Of a DNA stretch of 64,000 nt, positions 9,607-19,349 are shown piece after piece. Numbering within the stretch: the stretch's first letter is position 1; each line of letters begins with the position of its first letter. The position numbers were made by a program, and so were the translations under genes. Source of the stretch: Candidatus Undivivens industriae. GTDB lineage: Bacteria; Omnitrophota; Gorgyraeia; Gygaellales; Profunditerraquicolaceae. The stretch lies in the NCBI GenBank assembly GCA_012514745.1, contig JAAYZR010000001.1, forward strand, positions 7,877-71,876, in the 5' to 3' direction. A model generated the notes under the pieces. It saw nothing but the letters and a program-made list of their open reading frames with translations. It was not told where the DNA came from and made no database searches.

Positions 9607-10635
9607 ATGGCGGAGTTGCGCAGGGATCCCATAACCGGCCGCTGGATAATCGTGCAGACGGAGAATCCGGATGTCCCGGGCGATTACGTTTACGAACCCA
9701 ACGTCATAAAAGGGGACGACGATTGTCCTTTTTGTTACGGCAGTGAGGCAATGACTCCTCCGGAAATTGAGGTCTGCCGCGAGCCGTCCACCAATCCTAA
9801 CACGCCCGGCTGGGGCGTCAGGGTGGTCGCCAACAGGTTCCCCGCCCTGCATATAGAGGGGGATATCAACAGGCGCGGGATCGGGATGTATGATATGTCA
9901 AACGGGGTGGGCGCGCACGAGGTTTTGATAGAGACGCCGTATCATTTCAAGGATTTCCCCGAACTTACCGACCGTGAAGTGGCTCTGGTATTTTCCATGG
10001 CCATACGCAGGTCGCTGGACCTGATGCGGGACAAACGTTTCAAATACATAATGATCTTTAAGAATTACGGCCACGACGCCGGGGCTTCCATCGAACATCC
10101 GCACAGCCAGATCATCGCCCTGCCGATGGTGCCCAAGAACGTTATGGAAGAGATAAAAGGGGCGCAGAATTATTTCGATTACCGCGAGCGTTGTCTGTTC
10201 TGCGATATCCTGCTGCAGGAAAAAGAGGAGAAAAAGCGCATCGTCGCGGAGAACGAGCATTTTCTGGCTTTTTGCCCGTATGTTTCCCGTTTCCCGTTCG
10301 AGATATGGGTGATGCCCAAGGTGCACAACGGTTATTTCTGCAATATGCCCGAACACGAGCGCCTGCCTCTGGCTTCCATAATGCGCTCGGTGGTGGCAAA
10401 GACAAAAAAAGTCTTTCCAAATATGGCATATAACTTTATAATACATTCTTCACCCGTTAACGGAGATTCCGCGGAGCGGGGGGATTACCATTGGCATATC
10501 GAATTTATACCTAAGTTGACCAGGATCGCCGGATTCGAATGGGGGACGGGGTTCTATATGATCCCCACGCCTCCGGAAGCGGCGGCAGCGTATTTGAATG
10601 AGCAGGAAGAGGAATTGAAATCAATAGAGCAATGA
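9607..10635 (+). CDS. galT: Galactose-1-phosphate uridylyltransferase family protein (GalT-like), canonical paralog
   Basis: Carries CPFCYGSE, an intact HPHSQ active-site motif and HWHIEFIPKLTRIAGFEWGTGFY. It starts 1 nt after the stop of the upstream paralog. Confidence 0.75.
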   Translation: MAELRRDPITGRWIIVQTENPDVPGDYVYEPNVIKGDDDCPFCYGSEAMTPPEIEVCREPSTNPNTPGWGVRVVANRFPALHIEGDINRRGIGMYDMSNGVGAHEVLIETPYHFKDFPELTDREVALVFSMAIRRSLDLMRDKRFKYIMIFKNYGHDAGASIEHPHSQIIALPMVPKNVMEEIKGAQNYFDYRERCLFCDILLQEKEEKKRIVAENEHFLAFCPYVSRFPFEIWVMPKVHNGYFCNMPEHERLPLASIMRSVVAKTKKVFPNMAYNFIIHSSPVNGDSAERGDYHWHIEFIPKLTRIAGFEWGTGFYMIPTPPEAAAAYLNEQEEELKSIEQ

Positions 10636-10697
10636 AGCGGCCGAAATAATCGCGGGAACAACGAAGTGGAACAGGCGAAAAGAAGGAGGAAAAGGAA

Positions 10698-11717
10698 ATG
10701 GCGGTAAAAGTTGGAATTAACGGGTTCGGCAGGATCGGAAGGCTGGTTTACAGGGCCGCACTGCAGAAGAAATCTACGAAATTCGACTTCGTCGCGGTAA
10801 ACGACCTGCCGGTCGGGACCAAGACGCTGGCGCACATGCTTAAATACGATTCTACTTTCGGCACTCTCGATGCCGAGATAGAGGCCAAAGAGGATTCTTT
10901 GGTTATAAACGGCAAGATCGTCAAGGTAGTGAGCTGCAAAAGCCCCGCGGAGATACCCTGGAAGGACCTCGGAGTGGAAGTCGTCGTGGAGTCCACCGGA
11001 GTATTCACCGAGAGGGAGAAATGTATCGGCCATATCGAGAAGGGCGGCGCCAAGAAGATAGTTATTTCCGCGCCCGCTAAAGGCGAAGATATAACGATCG
11101 TTCTCGGAGTCAATGAGGCCAAATACGACCCCAAGAGCCATAACATAATCTCCAACGCTTCCTGCACCACCAACTGTTTGGCGCCCATGGCTAAGGTGCT
11201 GATGGACAACTTCGGCATCGTAAACGGGTTGATGACCACCATCCATTCTTACACCAACGACCAGCGTATTCTGGATCTGGCGCATAAAGACCTGCGCCGC
11301 GCCAGGGCCGCCGCGGTCTCGATGATCCCGACCTCTACCGGCGCCGCCAAGGCAATAGGCGCGGTAATACCGGAGTTAAAGGGAAAGATGGATGGGTTGG
11401 CGATCAGGGTGCCTACGCCGGATGTGTCAATGACCGATCTGACGTGCAATCTTGAAAAAGAGACCGACGCGGAGTCCGTTAACGCGGCTTTCAAGAAGGC
11501 TTCTGAAGGGGCGTTGAAGGGTATATTGAGATATATGGATGAACCGCTGGTTTCAAAGGACTTCTGCGGTTCGACGCATTCCTGCATCGTGGATTCGGCG
11601 TTGACCAAGGTGCTAAACGGCAAATTCGCCAAGGTAATGGCCTGGTATGATAATGAATGGGCCTACTCCTGCAGGGTGGTGGACCTGGTGGATTATATCG
11701 TTTCAAAAGGGCTGTAA
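10698..11717 (+). CDS. gap: Glyceraldehyde-3-phosphate dehydrogenase (type I)
   Basis: The N-terminus [13 protein letters not shown] is a Rossmann motif. The catalytic [12 protein letters not shown] and the WYDNEW C-terminal motif are present. An RBS aaggagga lies upstream. Confidence 0.93.
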   Translation: MAVKVGINGFGRIGRLVYRAALQKKSTKFDFVAVNDLPVGTKTLAHMLKYDSTFGTLDAEIEAKEDSLVINGKIVKVVSCKSPAEIPWKDLGVEVVVESTGVFTEREKCIGHIEKGGAKKIVISAPAKGEDITIVLGVNEAKYDPKSHNIISNASCTTNCLAPMAKVLMDNFGIVNGLMTTIHSYTNDQRILDLAHKDLRRARAAAVSMIPTSTGAAKAIGAVIPELKGKMDGLAIRVPTPDVSMTDLTCNLEKETDAESVNAAFKKASEGALKGILRYMDEPLVSKDFCGSTHSCIVDSALTKVLNGKFAKVMAWYDNEWAYSCRVVDLVDYIVSKGL

Positions 11718-11738
11718 TTACCGGTAATACCAAAAAAT

Positions 11739-11773
11739 CGGGGCCGCGGTCTTATGATCGCGGCCCTTTTTTC
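11739..11773 (+). terminator. Rho-independent terminator downstream of gap
   Basis: GC stem ggggccgcgg/ccgcggccc followed by a ttttttcg run. Confidence 0.6.
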
Positions 11774-12112
11774 GCTCCGGCTAAAGCGGGATGGGGTTAG
11801 ATAATATATAAGCAGGCGCGAGGAAAATTCTTTTAAAAAGTGTTAACTTAAGCAAAAGTAGGAAGATTACCTGGAAATCCCCGTTTTTATGTGTTAAATT
11901 TTAAGCAAGATGCAAGAGTCTCCGGCTCAAGTCCGGGGAGTTTCTTTTGCAAGTCTTCGAAAATCGGTCCCGCCTTAAAAAATTTGGATCTTATCAGTCC
12001 AAAACCTTCCAATGGCCACCAGATACTTAGTTTGCGGTTATTTAAACCGGCAAACGCAGGGGCGCCAAGTGTGGAACTCCTGAAAGAAAAAAAGTGGCAA
12101 AAGGAGGGTGAA

Positions 12113-13318
12113 ATGAAAAAACTGCTTATAATCTTAGGGGTAGGATTATTAAGCGCGGTTTTGCCTTTCGGCAAAGCTATGTCTTGGGGCAGTTCGTTTA
12201 GTCCCGCGTCATTTTCCACGATCGCGGCGACTTCCGATTCCGGAGGCGGAGGCGTCTCCTGGAGCAGCCCGGCGTCCTACGGCTGGGAAGCCGGAGACGG
12301 AGGCACCTGGTCAAGGGTATCCGGCATCCAGAGCGCGACTTCCATAATCGACAGATCCACCCGGGATTCGGTTTACAGCGTTTCTTTCCTCGATACTTAC
12401 GGTTCCTTCGGCAGAACGTCGGTTTTCCGGACGCAGGACAGTGACTTGGGAGATGTTGAAGGCGTCGGCAGGGTTACGCAAAAGCTTACCTGGGAGGATG
12501 TTACTTTCACCACCCCGTCGTTTTACTTCGGGGGCGCAACTGTCAAAGAACACGAGAATACCGTCACAAAAGAAACTACCACCACCACTATTAGTCAGCT
12601 CATGACTCCCACCGGGAGCAGTATTGCCGATACAAGTACCGGCAGTAAACTCCTTGTAAAACTTTCCGGGGAGAGCGTAATACCGGAAAAGAGCGGCACG
12701 GCCTTCCAGGACAAGCTGGATTCTCTTCTGGCAGGAGAAGGCGAGAAATTCATGGTTTTCGGAAAAGAAGGGGATCCGGTGAAGGCGTCCGGACTCTCCG
12801 ATAACCTGGGTAGTATAAACTTTAAGGAGAAGATGCTGGCGGCTGTGACAAGTTCCGAGCGGCCGGTGCAACTAAGCCGGGGTGATGTATCCGCCGTAAA
12901 CCTGCGGACATATACTCTGGACAAGAAGACTGATGTCGATAAGGAGGTGCTTAGCTCTACGTTCAGGAGCGAAAGCGCCGTTGCTCACGAACAGTTTGTT
13001 CCGTCTTCTCAATACACGCAAACCTTTTTTGCCGGTGTCGCTTATGATATAACTCCGGAGGAAAAACCGGTGCCTTCAGAGGAAAAACCGGTAGAACCTT
13101 CCAAGAGCGGCGGAGGAGGATCTAAAGGCGGGAAGGATGATGCTACGGCAACACTGCATATGAAAGACGGTTCGATCTATAAAGTTACCGCCCCCACACA
13201 AGGGCAGGCGATAGATAAGGCAGCCGCTTTGGCGGACGAGGGGGGGAATGTTGCCGCTGTAATCGGTGTTGAAGGGAAAAAGGTCAGAGACTCAAGCAAT
13301 TGCTTCGGGAAATGTTAA
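12113..13318 (+). CDS. Secreted hypothetical protein (signal peptide, Thr-rich region, PEEKPV linker, C-terminal CFGKC)
   Basis: The ATG at 12113 is preceded by an aaggaggg RBS. The N-terminus MKKLLIILGVGLLSAVLPFGKA is a signal peptide. The track ORF starting at 11891 lacks an RBS and a signal peptide. Confidence 0.6.
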   Translation: MKKLLIILGVGLLSAVLPFGKAMSWGSSFSPASFSTIAATSDSGGGGVSWSSPASYGWEAGDGGTWSRVSGIQSATSIIDRSTRDSVYSVSFLDTYGSFGRTSVFRTQDSDLGDVEGVGRVTQKLTWEDVTFTTPSFYFGGATVKEHENTVTKETTTTTISQLMTPTGSSIADTSTGSKLLVKLSGESVIPEKSGTAFQDKLDSLLAGEGEKFMVFGKEGDPVKASGLSDNLGSINFKEKMLAAVTSSERPVQLSRGDVSAVNLRTYTLDKKTDVDKEVLSSTFRSESAVAHEQFVPSSQYTQTFFAGVAYDITPEEKPVPSEEKPVEPSKSGGGGSKGGKDDATATLHMKDGSIYKVTAPTQGQAIDKAAALADEGGNVAAVIGVEGKKVRDSSNCFGKC

Positions 13319-13536
13319 AAGAAGGGTTATTTTAAAGCAGAAAAAACCGGCGGGTTTCTATGTAAAACGAAGCAAAATTCAGCTCAGTGGCTTGAAATAT
13401 AGGGTGATTTTGTGTTACCTTTGGTATATACGTTCCAGATAACCGAGGATCGAAATTAGAAAGTTGATCGTCCGCCCCTGAAACTTTAGAACTTGTTGGC
13501 GCAGTGGGGAGAGGAAATATATAGAGGAGAGTTTTT

Positions 13537-14577
13537 ATGCGGAAAAGTCTGGTTCTTTTTGTCGCGATCCTGTCCCTGTTCCCATGCTCTTTTGTTTCGG
13601 CATACGACGGTTATATTGACGATGGGCTGATGGAGGAGTCGTCCGGTTCTTCAATGGTAACACCGGCATCTCAATCAGATGAGATATCGGTCGAATCGGT
13701 AAGGGCCCTCCGGGAAGAGTTCTTGAATGAAATCTCGGGCGATATCTGTTACGAAGCTTTTGAAGAATGGGGTTTTGTCCCTGACCAGAGGGTGCTGGAA
13801 TCGGCTGTCTTTTTCGCGGATGCCTGGGCGCTGACGGACTTCAACATTGATTTCGATTACGACATTATCACGGTCGGGCAGACATCCGATAATTCTCCTG
13901 TTTCTATCACCCGGGACAGCGGAGGCGGCATCGAGGTGCGCTTTGACGCCGATTTCCTGAAAGAATACGAGCTCAACGGAAAACGCGGCGAAGTCCTGGA
14001 TTCCATCGTGGAAGACTATAAGGAGGCGGCCGTCGAAGCGGTCAAAGAGGCTATTTCGGTCTTATACGACGACGGGAAAGGGACGGCGCCCGTGGAAGGT
14101 CCCGGCCTGGTAGAGCTCAATGTTCCCGAAAGGGAGGCTTCCGAATCCGAAGGGGCCTGTTTGCCGGTGGAGTATCTGCCCGATAAATTCTTGCAGGAAA
14201 TGCAGATGAGCGCCGCGTTTTTCGAGATAGAGAACGGCCTCTCCCGCCTTGAAAACGAAGCAGCCGAATATTTCCAGGGAGGAGTCAATCCGTATGAGGG
14301 AATAACCGATTCCTTCAGGGCGTTCGCGGATAACGTGAAGTATTCCTACGTTAATTTGAGCGATCTCAAGATAAGTTCGGGGATCGCGCTCAACACCCAG
14401 ACCGGCATGCTGGCGGTTGACCCTACCTACGCCGTAGTTATGCAGGATTATTTCCATAATGGATACGCTTCGGCGGCCATAGTTTCGTATGCCGACGGGC
14501 TTTATTCGGCCTGGCTTGCCGCGCAGAACTCCGCGCTTTCTTCGCCGCAATCCGTGGCACAGTCGGAAATCGAGTAA
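13537..14577 (+). CDS. Secreted acidic hypothetical protein
   Basis: An RBS ggagag lies upstream. The signal peptide is MRKSLVLFVAILSLFPCSFVSA. No recognisable catalytic motifs. Confidence 0.55.
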   Translation: MRKSLVLFVAILSLFPCSFVSAYDGYIDDGLMEESSGSSMVTPASQSDEISVESVRALREEFLNEISGDICYEAFEEWGFVPDQRVLESAVFFADAWALTDFNIDFDYDIITVGQTSDNSPVSITRDSGGGIEVRFDADFLKEYELNGKRGEVLDSIVEDYKEAAVEAVKEAISVLYDDGKGTAPVEGPGLVELNVPEREASESEGACLPVEYLPDKFLQEMQMSAAFFEIENGLSRLENEAAEYFQGGVNPYEGITDSFRAFADNVKYSYVNLSDLKISSGIALNTQTGMLAVDPTYAVVMQDYFHNGYASAAIVSYADGLYSAWLAAQNSALSSPQSVAQSEIE

Positions 14578-14597
14578 GCACCTTTTGCAAGATCATT

Positions 14598-14640
14598 AAC
14601 CGGACGGTCCAGCTTTTGCCAACCGTCCGGTTTTTTTTGT
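14598..14640 (+). terminator. Rho-independent terminator
   Basis: The hairpin ccggacggt...accgtccgg is followed by T8. Confidence 0.65.
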
Positions 14641-14752
14641 CTAAAGGCAAGGCCGGATAGATATCCTGTTCCGATTATTCCCAATCTACTGCTGGAGTCC
14701 GTCGAAGGGAGACAAGACAAGGGAGCGGACACATATTGCATTTTCTTATATT

Positions 14753-15487
14753 TTGAGAGTGATGCACGATGAGGGAGTGTTTCGCTCGACGGCATTCCTG
14801 GGGGGCACCGCATTAAGGTTCCTTTATGATCTTCCCCGTTTTTCCGATGATCTTGATTTTTCCTTGGAAGGCAAGCAGAAGGCCGGTTTTTCTTCAGTGC
14901 TTAAAAAAATAATGTTTGAACTTAAATCTTCCGGATACGAAGTGTCGGCCGTTTATGACGACACAAGAACAGTGAATTCGGCTTTCATCAAATTCTCCGG
15001 GTTGATGTTCGAAGCCGGGATCTCGCCTTTAAAGAGCCGGAAATTCTCGCTGAAGATTGAAATTGATAATAACCCTGCGCGGGGAGCCGTCCTTGAAACG
15101 AGAGTCGTGAACAAATATTTCCCTATTTCATTTCTGTCATATGAAGTCAACTCTCTTTTCGCAGGCAAACTACATGCTTTATTAAGCAGAAAATATGCCA
15201 AAGGCAGGGATTATTTTGACCTTGGCTGGTATCTTTCGAAGTGGAATGGTTTGCAGCCGAACATAGCTTTGCTTACAAATGCCTTACGCCAGACCGGGTG
15301 GAAGGAGAGTATGCCCGACAAGGACAATTGGCGGCAGATTATTTATGACGCGGTCAATAAAACGAACTGGGCTAAAGTAAAGAAGGACGTGGAAAATTTT
15401 CTTGAGAATCAGTCTGATCTTTCCGTATTCACCAAAGACAACGTGCTCGGTTTATTGACTAAATCGCAACCGTCCGCTGACAGGTAA
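14753..15487 (+). CDS. Nucleotidyltransferase AbiEii/AbiGii toxin family (DUF1814) protein. It is apparently an orphan and N-terminally short (TTG/GTG/ATG starts at 14753-14762).
   Basis: Carries the family motifs FLGGTALRF and RFSDDLDFS. No AbiEi-like antitoxin ORF lies in the 110 bp between the upstream terminator and the start. The region has lower GC (~44%). Confidence 0.55.
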   Translation: MRVMHDEGVFRSTAFLGGTALRFLYDLPRFSDDLDFSLEGKQKAGFSSVLKKIMFELKSSGYEVSAVYDDTRTVNSAFIKFSGLMFEAGISPLKSRKFSLKIEIDNNPARGAVLETRVVNKYFPISFLSYEVNSLFAGKLHALLSRKYAKGRDYFDLGWYLSKWNGLQPNIALLTNALRQTGWKESMPDKDNWRQIIYDAVNKTNWAKVKKDVENFLENQSDLSVFTKDNVLGLLTKSQPSADR

Positions 15488-15596
15488 AATGCACTTCTGA
15501 GCGCTGTTTCCCCTCTGAGGCAAGGCTCTACGGTATCATCCCAGAAACTGAAGTTTCTTCGATTGATTTTTCTCTCTATCAGTATATAATATAGTA

Positions 15597-16469
15597 ATGG
15601 CGCATGTTTTTAAACTGGGGTGCCTGAAGGATTATCAGGATCCTCGGGATATCCCTATGGGTTTGCTTTTGCCGGTGGTTAAACTCCCGCCGCGCCTGGA
15701 TTATGCCCCGGAGATGTCTCCTGTCCGGGACCAGGGGGCGGAAGGGACCTGCGTGGCCTTTGCCGGGACGGTCGGGGTCAAAGAGTATTTTGACGGCAAG
15801 GAGTACCGCAGATACGTTCCGCTTTCGCCGCGGTATGTATATGCCAATTGTAAGAAACTGGACGGGATACCGGAGAGCGAAGGCACCTATCCCAGGGTGG
15901 CGATGAAAGTGCTTTTTAAAAAAGGCGCCTGCCTGGAATCAACCTGGCCATATAAGCCCTATCAGACGGATAAACCCAAAAGAAACGCCGACGTTCAGGC
16001 GCTGAAATACCGTATTAAGGCCTACGCCCGCCTGAAAAATGTGAAAGAGATGAAGAGAAGCCTGTTGGTAAACGGGCCTTTCCTCGGTGGAATGCTCGTG
16101 TTTTCCGGCTGGTTGAGCGAAAAGACGGCCGAAAACGGCAAGGTTCCGATGCCGCGCAAAAATGAAGAAGAACTGGGCGGGCACGCCGTTTGCGTTTGCG
16201 GTTATAACGACAAAACCGGGTTGTTCAAGTTCAAGAATTCCTGGGGAAAAGCCTGGGGAGATTCCGGTTACGGTTATCTGAAATACGACTACGTCGGGCG
16301 TTACTGCCTTGACGCCTGGTCCGCCACCGACCTGCTCGAGGACCCGGCAAAACTCGCGGCCGCGATGGGGAGGAATGCACGAGCGGATTCCGTAAAAAAC
16401 CGTTTGAAATATCGCGAAGTACTGCTTCGGGCATTCCGCCCGAAAGGTATTGAAGAGCGCCACTTGTAA
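15597..16469 (+). CDS. Papain-like cysteine peptidase (C1 family), no signal peptide
   Basis: The catalytic triad context is present: DQGAEGTCVAFA (Cys), GGHAVCVCGYND (His) and NSWGKAWGDSGYGY (Asn-Ser-Trp). Confidence 0.8.
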   Translation: MAHVFKLGCLKDYQDPRDIPMGLLLPVVKLPPRLDYAPEMSPVRDQGAEGTCVAFAGTVGVKEYFDGKEYRRYVPLSPRYVYANCKKLDGIPESEGTYPRVAMKVLFKKGACLESTWPYKPYQTDKPKRNADVQALKYRIKAYARLKNVKEMKRSLLVNGPFLGGMLVFSGWLSEKTAENGKVPMPRKNEEELGGHAVCVCGYNDKTGLFKFKNSWGKAWGDSGYGYLKYDYVGRYCLDAWSATDLLEDPAKLAAAMGRNARADSVKNRLKYREVLLRAFRPKGIEERHL

Positions 16470-16532
16470 GTAAAACATATTACAACTGTAATATAAAAAT
16501 ATTACGGCGTTTTTTGAAAAGCGCCTTTCCAT

Positions 16533-16638
16533 TTACGGTTATCTGAAATACGACTACGTCGGGCGTTACTGCCTTGACGCCTGGTCCGCCACCGACCTGA
16601 TCGAGAATCCGGCAAAACTCGCGGCCGCGATGGGGAGG
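16533..16638 (+). repeat. Duplicated 106-bp fragment of the 3' end of the C1 peptidase gene (copy of 16268-16373, 3 mismatches)
   Basis: Direct sequence comparison gives the same length and 103/106 identity. The fragment lies just downstream of the parent gene, after an AT-rich palindrome. Confidence 0.8.
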
Positions 16639-16741
16639 CAGTTCACCGCGTAGAGCCTCCGGCAAGCAGACGATAACAAAGCGCCTGTCTTAAGCTGAAC
16701 ATACTTTTATTTCGCAAAATCTACTAAGCAACAGGATAAGT

Positions 16742-18226
16742 GTGAACAGAAATACGAAAAAGGTAGAAGGTATCGTTACAGGACGGCGTTACGCAGTCCT
16801 GTTGGCCGGCGGGCAGGGCAGCCGTTTTTGGCCGTTGAGCCGGACTCTGGAGCCCAAACAGTTTCTTTCGCTTTCAGGCCCCAATAGCCTGTTTGAAGAG
16901 ACTGTATTGCGTCTTCATACGCTTGTGCCCGCGGAAAATGTATATATCGTAACCTCCAGGCTTTATTTTCATCAGATCGAACAGATCACCCGTCATCATG
17001 GAATCCCTTCCGAGAATATAATTTGCGAGCCGGACGGTAGAAATACGGCGCCTTCCATAGCGGCCGCCTGCCGCCTGATAAACTTGCGGGATCCATCCGC
17101 AGAGGCTGCTGTTTTGCCGTGTGACCACTCAATTAAAAATACCGAGATTTTCAAGAACTTGCTTAATGTTTCTTTCAAGTGTTGCTCTTGCGATAGGATT
17201 ATCATTTTCGGAATAACTCCTTCAAGGCCGGCAACCGGATACGGTTATATAAAAGAAGGGGCGTTGCCGTGTATTCCCGCGTTGAAAGCGGAAGGCGGGA
17301 TAGCTCTGACGAAGATTGAAAGAAAACTCATTAAAGGAGTGGAGCGTTTCTGCGAAAAACCGGATTTGAAGGCCGCGGAAGTCTTCCTGCGAAAAGGTGG
17401 ATATTACTGGAATAGCGGCATGTTCGTCGCTTCGGTCGAAGCTTTTCTGCGTGAATTCATGAGATATATGCCGGAATTGTATTCTGCCGTCCATTGCATT
17501 GCCTCGGCACAGGATATAGATTCGGCTTGGGCGGATATAAAACCGGCGGCATTTGACTATGGAGTTCTGGAAAAAACAAATTCCCTTTTGATGTTAAAGG
17601 CCCCTGTTGATCTCGGCTGGTCTGATCTCGGTAGTTGGCAGTCCTGGGATGAAATGATAGAGAAAGATGCGCGGGGCAATAATATTCCTAATGGAGTTAT
17701 AGATATAGAGAGTAACAACACCACCGTAGTGCCGGACAAAAGGTTGATTGCGACCCTGGGGCTGGATAACGTGGTTATCGTTGACACGCCGGATGCCCTG
17801 CTTGTGGCTAGGAAAGATCGGAGTGAAGAGGTCAAGAAAGTTGTGGATTTTCTTAAAAACAGCCGCAGGCAGGAACATTACAGCCACCGCAAGGTTAAAA
17901 GGCCATGGGGCAGTTTCACGGTACTTGAGCACTTGCCGGGTTTTAAGATAAAGATGGTGGAGGTTAATCCCGGGCATGCCCTTAGTTTACAGGTGCATCG
18001 CAGGCGTTGCGAGCATTGGGTGATTGTGGAAGGCACGGCGGAGGTGACAAGGGGGGAGAATACATTCATTCTCCAGCCAAACGAGAGCACCTATATCTCC
18101 GTGGGCTGCCGCCATCGTTTAACAAATCACGGGAGGTCAGTTCTAAAAATAGTGGAGGTGCAGACAGGGGATTATTTGGAGGAGGATGATATAGAGCGTG
18201 TTCACGATAAGTATTGCCGGAAGTAA
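16742..18226 (+). CDS. manC: Mannose-1-phosphate guanylyltransferase / mannose-6-phosphate isomerase (bifunctional type II PMI-GMP)
   Basis: The N-terminus has the nucleotidyltransferase motif LLAGGQGSRFWPLSR. The C-terminus has a cupin motif (KIKMVEVNPGHALSLQVHRRRCEHWVIVEGTAEV). The start codon is GTG. Confidence 0.85.
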   Translation: MNRNTKKVEGIVTGRRYAVLLAGGQGSRFWPLSRTLEPKQFLSLSGPNSLFEETVLRLHTLVPAENVYIVTSRLYFHQIEQITRHHGIPSENIICEPDGRNTAPSIAAACRLINLRDPSAEAAVLPCDHSIKNTEIFKNLLNVSFKCCSCDRIIIFGITPSRPATGYGYIKEGALPCIPALKAEGGIALTKIERKLIKGVERFCEKPDLKAAEVFLRKGGYYWNSGMFVASVEAFLREFMRYMPELYSAVHCIASAQDIDSAWADIKPAAFDYGVLEKTNSLLMLKAPVDLGWSDLGSWQSWDEMIEKDARGNNIPNGVIDIESNNTTVVPDKRLIATLGLDNVVIVDTPDALLVARKDRSEEVKKVVDFLKNSRRQEHYSHRKVKRPWGSFTVLEHLPGFKIKMVEVNPGHALSLQVHRRRCEHWVIVEGTAEVTRGENTFILQPNESTYISVGCRHRLTNHGRSVLKIVEVQTGDYLEEDDIERVHDKYCRK

Positions 18227-18342
18227 TTCGTGAAGAACAGCGTATTAAATCGTTGAGAGCTATTCCAATATTTTCGGCAAAGTACGGGAATGTCAACTGC
18301 TCGATATAACCTAACAACAGTTATCCGGGAGTAAAGAAAAAG

Positions 18343-19332
18343 ATGAAGACAGCGCTTATTACAGGGATCGACGGTCAGGATGGCTCATATTTATCGGAGT
18401 TATTACTTAAAAAAGGGTACCGAGTACATGGAGTAGTAAGACGGGTCGCTTTGGAAGATCCGGAACACAGGCTCTGGAGAATAAGGCACATTCAGAAAAA
18501 AGTCGCGCTTCATTCTGGTTCTCTTGAGAGTTTCGCCAGTTTATTTAAGATTGTTCATCAGATAAAGCCGGATGAATGTTATCATCTGGCGGCACAGAGT
18601 TTTGTCAGTTATTCCTTCGAGGACGAGTTCTCCACTATAAATACGAACATAAATGGCACGCATTATATTCTTGCCGCAATTAAGGAGTTGGCTCCGCGCT
18701 GTAAATTCTATTTTGCCGCTTCAAGTGAAATGTTCGGTAAAGTCAGGGAGATACCGCAGACAGAGAATACGCCTTTTCATCCGCGTTCTCCTTACGGCAT
18801 ATCGAAAGTCGCCGGTTTCGACCTGACGCGTAACTACCGCGAAGGATATGGCCTGTTCGCCTGCAACGGCATTCTTTTTAACCACGAATCCCCGCGCAGG
18901 GGGTATGAGTTCGTTACACGTAAAATAACCAATGCCGTGGCTGAGATAAAGTATGGTTTGAGCAAAGAATTACGGTTGGGTAATTTGGATGCAAAGAGGG
19001 ATTGGGGATTTTCCGGGGATTATGTGGAGGCAATGTGGCTTATGCTCCAACAGGCGAAGCCGGACGATTATGTGATTGCGACAGGTGAAACTCATACGGT
19101 AAAGGAATTCCTGGAACTGGCGTTTGAACATGCCGGGCTTGACTGGAAGAAGTATGTTAAGGTGGATAGGCGTTTTTACAGGCCGGCAGAAGTCAATCTT
19201 TTGCTTGGTGATAGTACAAAGGCCCGGAAAATGCTGGGTTGGAAGCCGAAGGTCGGGTTTGAAAAACTGGTGAGAATGATGGTTGAGGCGGATCTGGCTG
19301 CTGCCAGAATGAAGCGCGCCGCAAAACAGTAA
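18343..19332 (+). CDS. gmd: GDP-mannose 4,6-dehydratase
   Basis: Carries ALITGIDGQDGSYLSELLLKKGYRVHG and the catalytic YGISK, typical of GMD. Confidence 0.9.
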   Translation: MKTALITGIDGQDGSYLSELLLKKGYRVHGVVRRVALEDPEHRLWRIRHIQKKVALHSGSLESFASLFKIVHQIKPDECYHLAAQSFVSYSFEDEFSTINTNINGTHYILAAIKELAPRCKFYFAASSEMFGKVREIPQTENTPFHPRSPYGISKVAGFDLTRNYREGYGLFACNGILFNHESPRRGYEFVTRKITNAVAEIKYGLSKELRLGNLDAKRDWGFSGDYVEAMWLMLQQAKPDDYVIATGETHTVKEFLELAFEHAGLDWKKYVKVDRRFYRPAEVNLLLGDSTKARKMLGWKPKVGFEKLVRMMVEADLAAARMKRAAKQ

Positions 19333-19349
19333 TCAGTCGACTGTCACAG

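Noticed and set aside
10554-11285. 243-aa minus-strand ORF overlapping gap
   Set aside because: It is antisense to a textbook GAPDH with all catalytic motifs. It is an artifact of open antisense frames.
11891-12112. Upstream extension of the ORF track for the first secreted hypothetical protein (track start 11891)
   Set aside because: There is no RBS or signal peptide at 11891. A strong RBS (aaggaggg) and a classic signal peptide begin at the internal ATG at 12113.
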